Positions 1 to 12,000 of a DNA stretch of 64,000 bases are shown one piece after another. Under the pieces are notes generated by a model that worked only from the letters and a program-made list of their open reading frames with translations, was not told the origin of the DNA and did not search any database. The DNA comes from Daphnia carinata (taxonomy: Eukaryota), in the NCBI RefSeq assembly GCF_022539665.2, contig NC_081331.1:4774001-4838000 (forward strand), written 5' to 3'. Positions within the stretch are counted from its first letter, which is position 1, and every line of letters starts with the position of its first letter. A program made the position numbers and the translations under genes.

Positions 1-422
1 CTCCTGCTCCTCGTGCTCCTCGATGCTCTGCTGTAGGTTGTGATGGTGATTGTTGTTGTTATTGTTGTTGTGATGGTTGTGGTGGTGCTGCGGAGGCGAC
101 TCTGTCGGCGTCTCGGCCATCGTCCGGTAGACGGCGGCACAAAAGCCGTGAGAGGCCGCTTGATCCATGTCCATGTCCATGTGGTGATGAGGATGGACAT
201 CATGGCCGCCGTCCGACATGGACGACGCCGTTGTCGTTGTCGTGCATTGGTGGTGTTGCTGATGCTGGATCAGGCAAGTGCTGCCCGGCAGTGGCGAAGA
301 GTTGTGAGCTAGTAAGTGATGGTGGTGCCCAGCGCCACCACCAAGCCCAGTAGGCCCAGCAAGCCCAGAACTAGCGTACCCGCCAGTACCTGCAGTGCAG
401 ACCGAAAGACCACCGATGCCGT
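1..422 (-). CDS. Pax2/5/8: Pax2/5/8 coding exon (C-terminal His/Asn/Gly-rich low-complexity region), continues beyond the window
   Basis: Acceptor TTTATTAG| (AG at 424-423), phase 1, matching the upstream donor. Reads (D)[42 protein letters not shown]...[25 protein letters not shown] with no stop for 140 codons. Confidence 0.8.
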
Positions 423-3400
423 CTAATAAACACACAACAACAACAACGTACACAAAACGTTCAGCCAATAAATCCACCAGGGGTAGGTTCAAGTGATCAA
501 GTCAACATTTTCAAAAATGAAAATAAATAAATAAATAAAGTTTTACAAAATGCGACCATGCAATGAACTTGCAAAAAAAAAAATGCAAAGGAAGAAATAT
601 TCAAATTTAAAATGAAAAGGCCTCAGTCAAATAACCCGCTAACAAAACAAACCAAATGAATGTTTCGTTTGTCTCATTTTGTGCATATGCAAAGTTGCAA
701 ATGTGTCTTTTGCGCGAATTTTGTGAAAGAACCACGCCAAGTTCAAAGAAGAAGAATAAATAAAAAACAAGCTCTCGTGAAGGTATTGGGAAAAAATGAA
801 ATCAATCAAACAATTCTTACCTTGTTGGTACTGGAGAGACGTGTCGACGACGCCGTTCGGCGTCAACATGTGCGCCTTAATATCCTGCATGCTGATGGGC
901 GTCAAAGGTGTCAAAGAGCCACTGCCTACTCGAGTCAACCGTGCACAATAAGATAATGGTAAAACAAACAAACAAAAGTCAGTCAACTATGTTTTGCCAA
1001 ACAAACTATTCAGACTCTATTAATAAATCGATAGCTAAACTGTTGACATGCTTTGAACGTGTTTTTGCTATTCGATGATAATGATTGACTTACCGAGAGA
1101 TGTGCCCAGCGGCGGAGTGTAGATGGACGTGCTCTGAGCTTGCGTCATGGTGCTGATGGTATCGTAGAGCGGATCGCCCGAACTGCTAGACGTCACAACG
1201 CCATTAAAAGCGTTGGGGTTGTTGCCTGGACCTCCGTTGTTGGAGCCGTTTTGGCCGCCCCCACCCGATTGCTGTTGCCCCACGCCGTGGTGTTGTTGTT
1301 GCTGTTGCTGCTGCTGTTGGTGATCCGAAACGAAACTGGGCAGAGAGTAAGGCGATCCGCCGACGTTGTTGCTGCCCGTCGGTGAGCTGACAACTCCAGT
1401 CACGCTGCCAATGTCCGGCAGGAGTTTGTCGTCCTTCAAACTGGTGCTCCACTTGGTCGGCCACATCTGCCAATTTCAACAACAATAGTAAATTATTAAT
1501 TGAAATTCGTACAGGAAAGAAGCGAAAAAGGCAAATGACGGGCAATGAAATGCTTACGCTATAAAGTTGATCGCTGCCGTAATGCAATCGCTGACGTTTA
1601 ATTTCCTCGTCTTGATTTGCGTGGCCATTGAGATCGCGAATATCATCTAAAAAAAAAGGGGGGGAAAAATAAAAATGAAATTGAAGTTATTCGTCGATGC
1701 AAATCAGTGCATTTGAAATGAAATAACGACACGAAACATAAAAGGAGCAACATCTGTTTGACTCTGATGGGCCAATCTGGTACACGACCCATGACCCCTT
1801 CACCCCATTTTTATTCCCGTATAGCCCCATCATTTTAACATTTGTGCTCCCCTTCCTGCCTATCCGATGCGGAAGGGAATTAAAATAGGGGCCGATGAAA
1901 ATGCGCGCACGGGGAAAAGGAGAAACCATCGGGTCATTGGGTTTTGCTGGATCTGTGCGAAAATGGACGGCACCCTGTGAATTCGTCGACATTGTCATGG
2001 CGGCAGCCAACAAGTCTCGATGATAACAGACTTGTACCGAATTGCGATGACGGTTGATACCAAAGAAAAAAAAAAGAATAAAGGATGTGGAATAGGAAAA
2101 TAGGCGGAAGGCCTGGCTCCGAGTGAAAAGAGAAAAGGAGTAGAGAGTTAGGTCGATGAAGTCATCCGTCATGTGTGATGGAGAAAGAAAAGAGAACATT
2201 GAGAGAGAGAGAGTCTCGTTTGACTTCATGACAGCACGCACACACACATATCCAGCCAGCAGAGTGTGTCTTGACGAAAGAGAGGGAGACATTGTATTTC
2301 ACGACTCCTTCACTGGTTTTAGAGGGGGGCCAAACAGCGGCGGCAATCTCATACGTCAGCCATGAGGCGCTTCCATTATGGAAAAAGAAGAGAGACACAC
2401 TCTCTTTCCCAACGGACTCTCATCCAGCGTAACTCCAGCAGCCAAAAAGGCTGTAGATATTGCAACATCACCAGCCCGCACACGCACACACACCCCGCAG
2501 AAAAGTCTCATCCGGCGACCGCTCCTCCACGCTCGGCCGATCATCCACCCTCCTTCCTCTCGCTTCCGGATCTCGCTTTTCTAAATCCCCCCCTCCCCCC
2601 TCTCTTCTATGTATATCTAGCTGTATAGTATAGACGAGCAAAAGCACAGCACTTCCTCTACCCGAGTCATCTCGTAGCGATCCTGCGAGTAGCAAGGTCT
2701 TATGCCTAAGGGCTCCTTGGAGCAGTCGGGGAAAAGGACTACATTTATAGAGATAACAAGAAAACATGTCAAATTGCGGGGGTTAGGTTGACATTTCTAA
2801 GAAAAAAAGAAAGAAAAGGGGGGGGGACTTTGAAAAAAGAAATCACAAGAATCCAGCGGGGGAATAAAAATAGAGAAACTGACGATGTGCTCGTAACGTG
2901 ATTGCGGCATCAAAGGACACAGCGCGGTCACGTCTATTTTGTGGAGAGACTAGTCGACGACGTGAATGTTTGATGAACTGTGCGGTGGGGAGGTGGGCCC
3001 ACAAAAAGGTAGGGAATACGAGAAAAGACTAGCGGGCGATCCGGCTAGACAACATTAATGATTTGGTAGTGTTTTGTGTCAACGTCTCTATCAAACGACT
3101 CCGTCACGAAACAGGCAATTCGTGCCTACGTGTATATTCCAGTAGTTAAAATATATAGTTAAAGCTTTATTTTGTGGGGACTAGCTTTGAATAAGAGGAG
3201 TAAGGTCAAGGCAAAGCGGGTATTTGTTGACGGAATTATTCATTAGGAAGGACGCTCCAAACTGTTTCACTATTCACAAAGTCCGTGATTAAAAGGCCAC
3301 AACAGACCCCACCCGCTGCGGTTGTTCCCTAAAAGATGCATTTCGCTATCAAAGCGAGATGTACCCCACGACATTTTTTATTTAACTTTTGGCATTCGGC

Positions 3401-6320
3401 TGAAAATGTCTTTCTTCTCGTGGATTTGATGAGACACCTGAAGTTTTTACTTCATCTCATCGTGAATTCCTCACTTTGATCCACGCAAACTTTTTCCCTC
3501 TGATTGGCGTTGTTTTTTCCTTTCAGGTTCGACTCAAATACTCCCACCCCCATTTATTTAATTTCCTCTCGACTATACAAACAATACTGGCAGGGAATCG
3601 ATTGTTATTACGAACCCAGGCACGACCCCAACGAAAAGAAAAGAAAACAAAACAAAAAAAAATTAACTGAAACGAAAAATCTAATCCCAAACATAAAAAA
3701 AAAAAGAGACAGTCAGTCTCTAGAACCCTTCTATTATTCTTAGTTGATTGTGTTATCAAACTAAGCCCTTTTCATTTTATCACCGGTTTCTATGCCCTTC
3801 TATTTGCGTCTTGCAGGTATTTTTTGTTTTTTCAATGTCTGGCTCCCCTTTTTTTATGTTTTTCTTTTCTTGTTTAAATTTGTACGAACCAATAACCGTT
3901 GGTATTATAATGAAATAGGCGGGACTCACCGTGATCGTCTCGCTTCCGTTTAATGTTGCCGTTGGGGTCGGTCTGCGGGATGCCGAGGATGCCGTTGATG
4001 CTGTAAGAGCCTGGGCGTTGGTGAGGCGAGTCGTGCGGCGGCAAGACGTGCTGCTGTTGTTGCATAGCGTGTTGTTGTTGTTGTTGTTGGTGTTGGTTGT
4101 TACCGGTGGAGGCTGCCGATCCGTGAGTGATGACCGAAGCCGTTTGAGACGAAACTGGGCTCACCGGCCCGCTGTTACTTCCTCCGCCGCTGTTGCCGCC
4201 GTGACCTCCGTGTCCTCCGTGACCTCCGTGTCCATGACCGTGTCCATGTCCGTGATGACTGACCGACTTCGCCTTTTCCGCCGCTTTATTCCGCACAATC
4301 CTAAAAGTAGATTTCAAAAAAAAAAAAAAAAAAAAGAAAATACCGAAAGAGAGAAATTGTTAGAGGCCGTTTTTAATTCTGTATCTTAAAAAAAAAAACT
4401 TATCATTAAAGAAAACAAGTAGGTAAAGGGAAAGTTGGTTTGACTACCATCAACCATAGTTTTTTTTTTTTTTTTTTGTCTGGATCATATTGCAGCTCAG
4501 TCACGGACTTGTGATTACCGTCGCGCAAAGAAATTGCAGAAAAATGTTTTGGGGGCGTACCGCAACGGCCAATAGCAAGCAGACGGATATTTATCCGAAA
4601 ATTATTTTCTCAGCTATACTGTTACTGCTACTATTGCTTCAATAGAAAATAATAACAGTAGCCACGAAGAAGAAGAAGAAGAAGGAAAAAAAAAAGAAAC
4701 TTAAAAAAAAAAGGGATCAAAGTCTCCTCGGATATACTGTGGCAGACAGCAGAGACAGAATAAGGACGAAAGTATAGAACGACATTCAAAGGGAATGTTA
4801 TTTCTTGCTCTTTTGCTGTTCTTGTATATAGAGGAAGAGAGAGAGTCTTAAAAAGTCGGTTGCGGTGGCAACATTCTCTAGATTCTATTTTTTTTTTCTT
4901 TCTTTTTTAGTTGGTAGGTTGTTGTTTTCCCCAAGTCGTGTAACGGTCGGCCAACCATGCGCAACGGGCGACCGACTGGCCGCAGAAGCGAGCAACAGCG
5001 GCATTGGCGAGACAGACTGCCGTAAAAGAAGAAAAAAATAAAATAAAACTTGCGACACAAAGCATATTTCTTATTACAACAGTAATTCACACGAGAAATG
5101 TTTTTTTTTTCTGTTCTTTTCTTAGCAAACTTTACTTCACTATTCTTATAGGAAGTATTTTTAAAATGCAAACCACGATTCATGAATGTATCGCTGCAAT
5201 TCAACACATGGGCCTACGGTCTTTCGCGTAGGCCTTTATGTGATACAATTGATGAATAGCGTTGATCGCTATGAGCTGGGGCCGGCACGTGACCGACGTG
5301 ATGCAACCAAAACAGCAACACACTCGAAAATGGTTGAAAATCAACCATCATTCGTCGCCCCATTGTCAAACTGTGGCTTACGCCGAGGGGTTCCTGATGA
5401 CAAGGACATCATCAAAAAGACGTCGGGGGATAAGCTGAAGGGGCCGCCCAACGCAAACCGACGGCAAACGCCCTTTTTTTTAAACCTAACCTTCCAGTTG
5501 AGCGCCTAACATTTAAAAGGATACAGGCCTACACTTCCCAACGTCATTTAAGAGCATAGGCCTTTCCAGTTTAACGTAATTCATTTAACACAAATCACGA
5601 AGATGATTGAACTGCGCGCAATCAATCAGAAACAAAATACAGTGGGTAGACGCAAAAGCCGCAAAGATGCGCACAAAAACGAATGACGCCAGTCAACGAA
5701 GATCCATTTATGTCCATAAATGTACTTGGTACTGCGCATATAGACGGATGTTGTAGCTCCGAGTTTGACGGGTGTTGGACAAGAGATGAAGAGCGACTCG
5801 TTTGTCAGCGTCAACCAGGTGGCTTTTTTTTTTTTTTTGTATGTGTCCTTCCTGGACTACTATATTGCATCTGGGTTCACGTAAAAAGTAGAAGAAGAAA
5901 AAGGAAAACAGAGACGATGACATATGTGGTGCTTTAAGTACAACTCCCACCCTGTTGGATTTTCAACATTGACGAATGTGTTCCGACACTTGGTATCCAT
6001 CTACATGCCGCTATCTCGATACATCGAATCAATTCTAAAATCCTCCCCTCCTGTTTCTGCGTTTTTATTCGTACAAGGTGTTTATCACCATCGCACCTTT
6101 TCATCGACTTTTAATGTAACAAAGAGGGAACCGTCCCATCACGACATAGTGTTGAGAATCTCATGAAACAGAATGATAAAGGATACACCATACATTGTAC
6201 AGCTACATTAGCCTGTTATTGCAGAGCGCCAGCTTATGTCGGGGTTAATTTGACCCGAGTGTCTCTATTTGAAAGGCCCCCCCCACTAATTGAATCAAGT
6301 GGGGAGCTCTTATTGCTCCC

Positions 6321-6351
<31 letters not shown>

Positions 6352-8971
6352 TTTTACCGACAAGTGTAGCGGAATAACAGTGGGCACATATCACGCTCCA
6401 CAGGGACGCAAAACAGCCATCTATTCAGTCCATATGGTCGCCTTATCTGTATACACGCACATAAGCCTTATGCGAGTCTCTCCCCTTCTGTTTGCCTATA
6501 CAGATTTTTCTCTCTTTTATTTTTGGGACTCTCCCCTCATTCCCTCTCTGTATCTTCATCTGACCGTGAATGCCATATTCAACTGTTCAGAGTGTCATCA
6601 TTTCATCGGATTTGCTCGCGCCCGTGGATTACATACAAAGCGACCCCACAACTGTCATCCATAACGCCCTTCATTCTACGACGACTTTTCAACAGGTACG
6701 AATAACAATTCTTCATTGGTTCTCAATTCGATTAGGTGGCTATGAAAAGCTTTCAATCCATTTAGGTGCTTCCCTCATCAGCGGCATCTTTGGTAATAAA
6801 ACAGGGCTGTATAGGCCTGCTTTGATCAAAAATAGCTCGGCCATTTTGGATTCGAAATCTCCCGAGAGGAACGTGCTGGGAAAAAAAAATCAAGAAAGTG
6901 GAACAAATTCGCAGCGCTCGTTTCACCATTTTCAACAAAAAAAATCAAGAATTTGGGGTCGATACAAACAACGGAAAAATGTAGCAAAAATAAAAGATCC
7001 CCATATGTGACAACGGGCGTCGCTCTCTCGGGTGCCATTGCCTAGTTCCCAAAAGCAGCAGCTTAAAAAAAAAAAAAAAAAGAAATTGTCCTTCGTTGTT
7101 TTTTTTTTCTGCGCGTAATACTCCTCTTCATATGAAAACAATCAATGGAAATCGTTTGGCTCTACGCGGCTCTATACATACCCAAAACTGTGTCGTACGC
7201 TTATTATTATTATTACATTGTCGATGTTGTTGTAACAGATCGAATAAACATATGGGACCTCCCCAACCTAGTCTTTTTCTTTCGCATGCTCACCCTCTCT
7301 ATTGCCATCCACCCTATCGCTCTCTTTTGTAAAAAGAGAAACCAAACTCCTCCCTCGGGACGTGTTGACACAGCATCTCATATGCAAAGTAGTACTCTTT
7401 TCTCTCCTCCTGCCTGTATAAAAAAAAAACCTATTTCTTTTTCCTTTTTTTTTTTTCTTTTGCTATAGCACCATCAACTTACACGAGTCTCTACTCGACT
7501 TTAGGGTATTGTAAAACACGATGGCCGAGAGAATAACTGAATAATAAAATAGACACTCTTAACAATAGTATACAAATACTACGGGCACTAAAAATAGAAT
7601 GAAAATAAAAACGACCGAAAGAGAAACGTGAACAAAAAAAAGCCATGAACACCCAGAAGTTTGATCGTTTCAGAAGCTATCTCACGTTCCTTGCTTTAAT
7701 GATCGTTCGCGGGTGTTAATTGGCTGTATAAAATCCCCCCCCCTCCCCACACGCACACCACCAGTAGCAGCAGCAGCTGGCTGACTATATACGAAGATAG
7801 TGTCGTTAACCGGCAGATAAACACACACAGAAAAAAAAAAGGCCTTCAGCAGGGAGAAAACGGCTGAAGAAAAAAAGAAATATGCTACGACCCACCATGA
7901 AGAATCGAATTTTTGAAGGTTTGTTTCCATTATGGAAAAGAAAAAAAAAATGTTTGAAATTTCTCTGAAATTGGAAGATTATGGGCCACCTTGAAGGAGA
8001 CCCAATAGCTAACCCTCCCTGAAAAAGATGTCGATTATTAACTCCAGTTCCAGTAGAAACCGGATGCCAGTCAAACATTCTTTCCATTCCTTGCTCTTTC
8101 GTGTACCTCAGATGGAAATGAACGCAATCGCTACGAAATCAAACCCAACAGCTAATGAAGAAGAGAGGCGTATCATCGTCTACATAATATAACAAGGACT
8201 ACAGGAAGTCGATTGGATGTGTGCATAGCTGGGTTTTACCTGTTAATGGAGCTGACGCTGGGAACGTTCTCCTGGTTGCAAATGCCTTCGGCCAGGAGCC
8301 GGTCGCGTATCTCCCAGGCGAACATCGTGGGGTTCTCGCGCTTGTAGTCGGCGATGGCGTCGACGACGTGGGGCGTGGCCACTTTCGGCTTGCTCCCGCC
8401 AATCACGCCAGCCTTGAAGCTGCCCGTCTCGTAGTACCTAAACAGAGGAAAGAGCCAAGATGTATACGCAGCCGTGAAAGATCAATACAAAAAAAAAAAA
8501 AAAAAAAAATGAGAGGGACCACCACACAAAGTCACAACGAATCGTCCAATTACAGCAAAAAATAACTCGGATTTCCAGTAGTTTTAGTTGTCGACCACCC
8601 AACATTCTCAAGTATATTAGCGCTTTGTTTTTTTGGTTTTTTTTTTTTTCGTCTTTTGATGTGGTATATCCTACACAAACGCATTTGATTAAAATACCCT
8701 GGTGTATTAGACTGAAGGCGCAGATGGAGAATACGAAGGTGGTACCACCACTATGCCAGTAAAGCGTAATAGATTCTTCTATATAGATGAGATGCGTGCA
8801 CGTCGTTGAGAGTGGGGGGCGGAATAGTGTAGTAGATCGGCCGTAGGGAGAGCCGAGGCAAAACACGAGAAATATATGTATAAACATAAGAGAGAATCCG
8901 GTATTGAATTACTTTGGTGGATATACTGCGGTGGCAAACGGGTGACGTGTACCCTCTACCAGAAAAGGAAC

Positions 8972-9002
<31 letters not shown>

Positions 9003-12000
9003 AACCGCACCCGCCATCTCGTCCTTCCGGTTTCGTCTTCTTTTTATTTATTTGATCAAAAAGAATAAATAAATAAAGAAAAAAAAAATAAAATAAAATA
9101 AATGCGATATTGCGTCGTATCTTTTTTTTTTTTTTTTTTTTGTTCGGCCTGTCTCTTGTTTTTTTTTTTATTAACTTCCTTCTATACCATTTTGTTGTCG
9201 TTATTGTTGTCGTTATTGTTGTCGCTATTTTTATTGTTGTTTCTCTCTTCTTTTTTTTTTTTTTTATCTTACGATATTGACATTCGCGGCTTTCTCTGGA
9301 CGGCGTTTGCTGCCGCTGCGCAGTTTCGAAAAAATCTACACGCACACAGCAGTTGATTTATACGAATGGCATGGCATTAGTATGCGATGCCATTCGACGT
9401 CGTCCTAGTTTCCTGACTCTCGTAAACATTCGCCTTATTATTTATGATTAACTCAGACATTATAGATGACTCCATAGAGCGCCACGAAACCTCAGCCCAA
9501 TGTCTCAAATTCATAACTTGATCTATTCGTATGCAGATGGAGCGCGCACAGCGCTTGCCATCATCGTCGTGGAGAATCTTGTTGGTTCCGGCTGGTGTTG
9601 GTGGTGGCAGTCATTGGGTAAGCAGTTGTGATATCGATGTTGTGTTTCGTTCCGCCTCTTTTTTTTTTATATCCCAGCCTTAATTCTCTCTTTATTATTA
9701 CTTTTTTTTTCTTCCAAAGAAAAAGTGAATTCAAATATGGCCTTCCCTTATTTCTTTTTTTTTTTTTTTTTTTTTTGGTTGGAATGTTTTGATTCGAGTT
9801 CAAAGCCTTCCCCGAGTCATTCGAATCGTCGCCATTATAACTGGAAAATGTTTTTCCCATTGGTCGTTGGGTCGATGAGCCAGAAAGAAAAAAAAAAGCA
9901 ACACACTTCTTGTTCGTTCAGATTCTCTATTCTCGTCGATTTTCTACTAAAAGCTTCTTCTCATCGTTTGCTCCAAGTCCTCCAAAAAAAAAAGGAGGGA
10001 GGAAAATGATGGTTAAGAAACTGTTCATCCAACGAACGAATCTGAATTTGCTTTGCTTCTTTCTCACGACGACTATACAACTATCCTCTAACGATACTGT
10101 ATATATATAGCTGCTATATAACTATTAGACTATTTATTCAACAACGGGGGGAAGAGGCTAACCGACAGCGGCATCGATTAGGAATACGACATGAAATTAA
10201 GTAGTACCTGGATAGTATCTTGGAGACGCATCCGTGGGAGACTCGGAGCTGGCGGGAGATATCGCAGGGTCGGACTCCGTTGTGGGCCAATTCGACGATC
10301 CGTTGGCGGACAACATCGGGCAGAGGTCGTCCGTTGACGAAGACGCCGCCGAGCTGGTTGACTCCGCCGTGACCTGTTCCAGACGAATGGTACACTATGT
10401 AGTTGAATTAAGATAGCCGCCCTCAAACTTGTTTTGCCGATGGAGAAAGTCATTGGTTGAAAGGAGAGACGCAACGAATAAGAACATCAGTTGTCCAGGG
10501 ATGATTGCGATTATCGTGCGTGGGGTTGTAAGATACGCAACGAGGGGTAAACTATGTCAGTATATTAACGACGTCTGCTCGGCCACCTGAAAAATCAATG
10601 GGTCAAACACACAACGACGCAAAAACAAACCAGAGACTGATTGGCAATTCAAGACTCGTCGTGATATTACGTCGGTGGCTGTTTTATTAGTCATTATTGT
10701 TTTATTAGCCACAAGCCGTTAAGAGTTCATTTCATGGCATCTAATCGCCAAACAACTTGTAAAACCAAGAAGCGAACAAACGTTTCATGATTTATTCGAG
10801 TCCCTTATCAAAGTTGCGTATAGTCTCCTCAATTGAAAAATGCCACGAGAACGTCGTACGTTCGTTGCATCTAGGCCTATACGACCTTTTCAAAAGAGAA
10901 ACATTTGCTTCAAGATGTGGAAATTGTTTTAAGTGAATACAATCAAGTAAGATGCTTTTATAGGCCGGCACACGAGAATAACAAAGCTCGACAACGGGAA
11001 AGCGAGAACGCGACGCAGGCGGGAATGGGGACCTGTATAAAGTATCTAACGGCTGGAAGTGTTAAGAGAATACGAATAATCTTTGAAAAAATAAAAATAA
11101 AAATAAAATGGGGGCTAGAAAACCGTTGGTTGACGACGAACGAACTACACAACAACAAGCAACAACACGGACGACGAGAAAAGACTTTAGATCACGTCTA
11201 ATGCAAGAGCCGTGTCGACACGTCGGCCGACCGTCGCCCTCCCCTTTTCCCTCCATCCTCCGTTATATACTGTGCGGAAAAGGGCCAGCCGTTACATGTA
11301 CAACGATAGCAGCTTTCAACTAGAAGCCCAACGTCGCGTTTGCTTCGGCCCTAGCCCAATAACAGACGGATGTCACCGTCGACACTTCCATCTAAAAATC
11401 CGGCGTTACTCTCCAACTTTAAATCTCTCCTAACACTGTGTACTTTCACAGATCGATACAGGCAATGAAATCGACGGATGTTTACTTGAAACTGACTGTT
11501 GCCTGGAGCACGGTACGGCCCTGAGCGCCGATAAGGATGAATAGCTATTTCTAAATCGTGATTCCGGCGCGATCCGTCATTTTTTCGCGCAAATGACGGG
11601 CGGTACACACTTTCGCATATGATCGGCACTCACTCTTACAAGTGTAATATTCCATCATGTTCTGATTGTAGCGGTAGGCCGTCGTTAGATCCATCGTGGC
11701 GGCTGAACCGGCGGCCGGTGCCGTCTGATGAGGCGGCGCTGGAGGCCGACCGAACGGGAAGAACGTCGCAAAACTAGGTGGAGACTCCACGATGGAAGCG
11801 GATGCGGGCAATTCTTTCGCCAGCTTTGCAAATTTTGTATTCAATTTTGTTTGTTTTTTTTTTGCCTGTTTTTCTTTCAAATATGTCTATAGAGTTTTGT
11901 GGTTCACTTTTTCGCAGCACACGAGACGTAACTGAACCACTGGGAAGATGAAAAACGAACCAGCTATCAGACGGACGATTTGACTGAGAATGAGCCCAAT

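Noticed and set aside
1687..2292. 201-aa minus-strand ORF inside a Pax intron
   Set aside because: No recognisable domain, includes SSR and poly-T-derived sequence, and I found no phase-compatible splice sites. The flanking exons already join in frame.
8199..8402. ORF-track protein [11 protein letters not shown]...
   Set aside because: Wrong reading frame of paired-domain exon 2.
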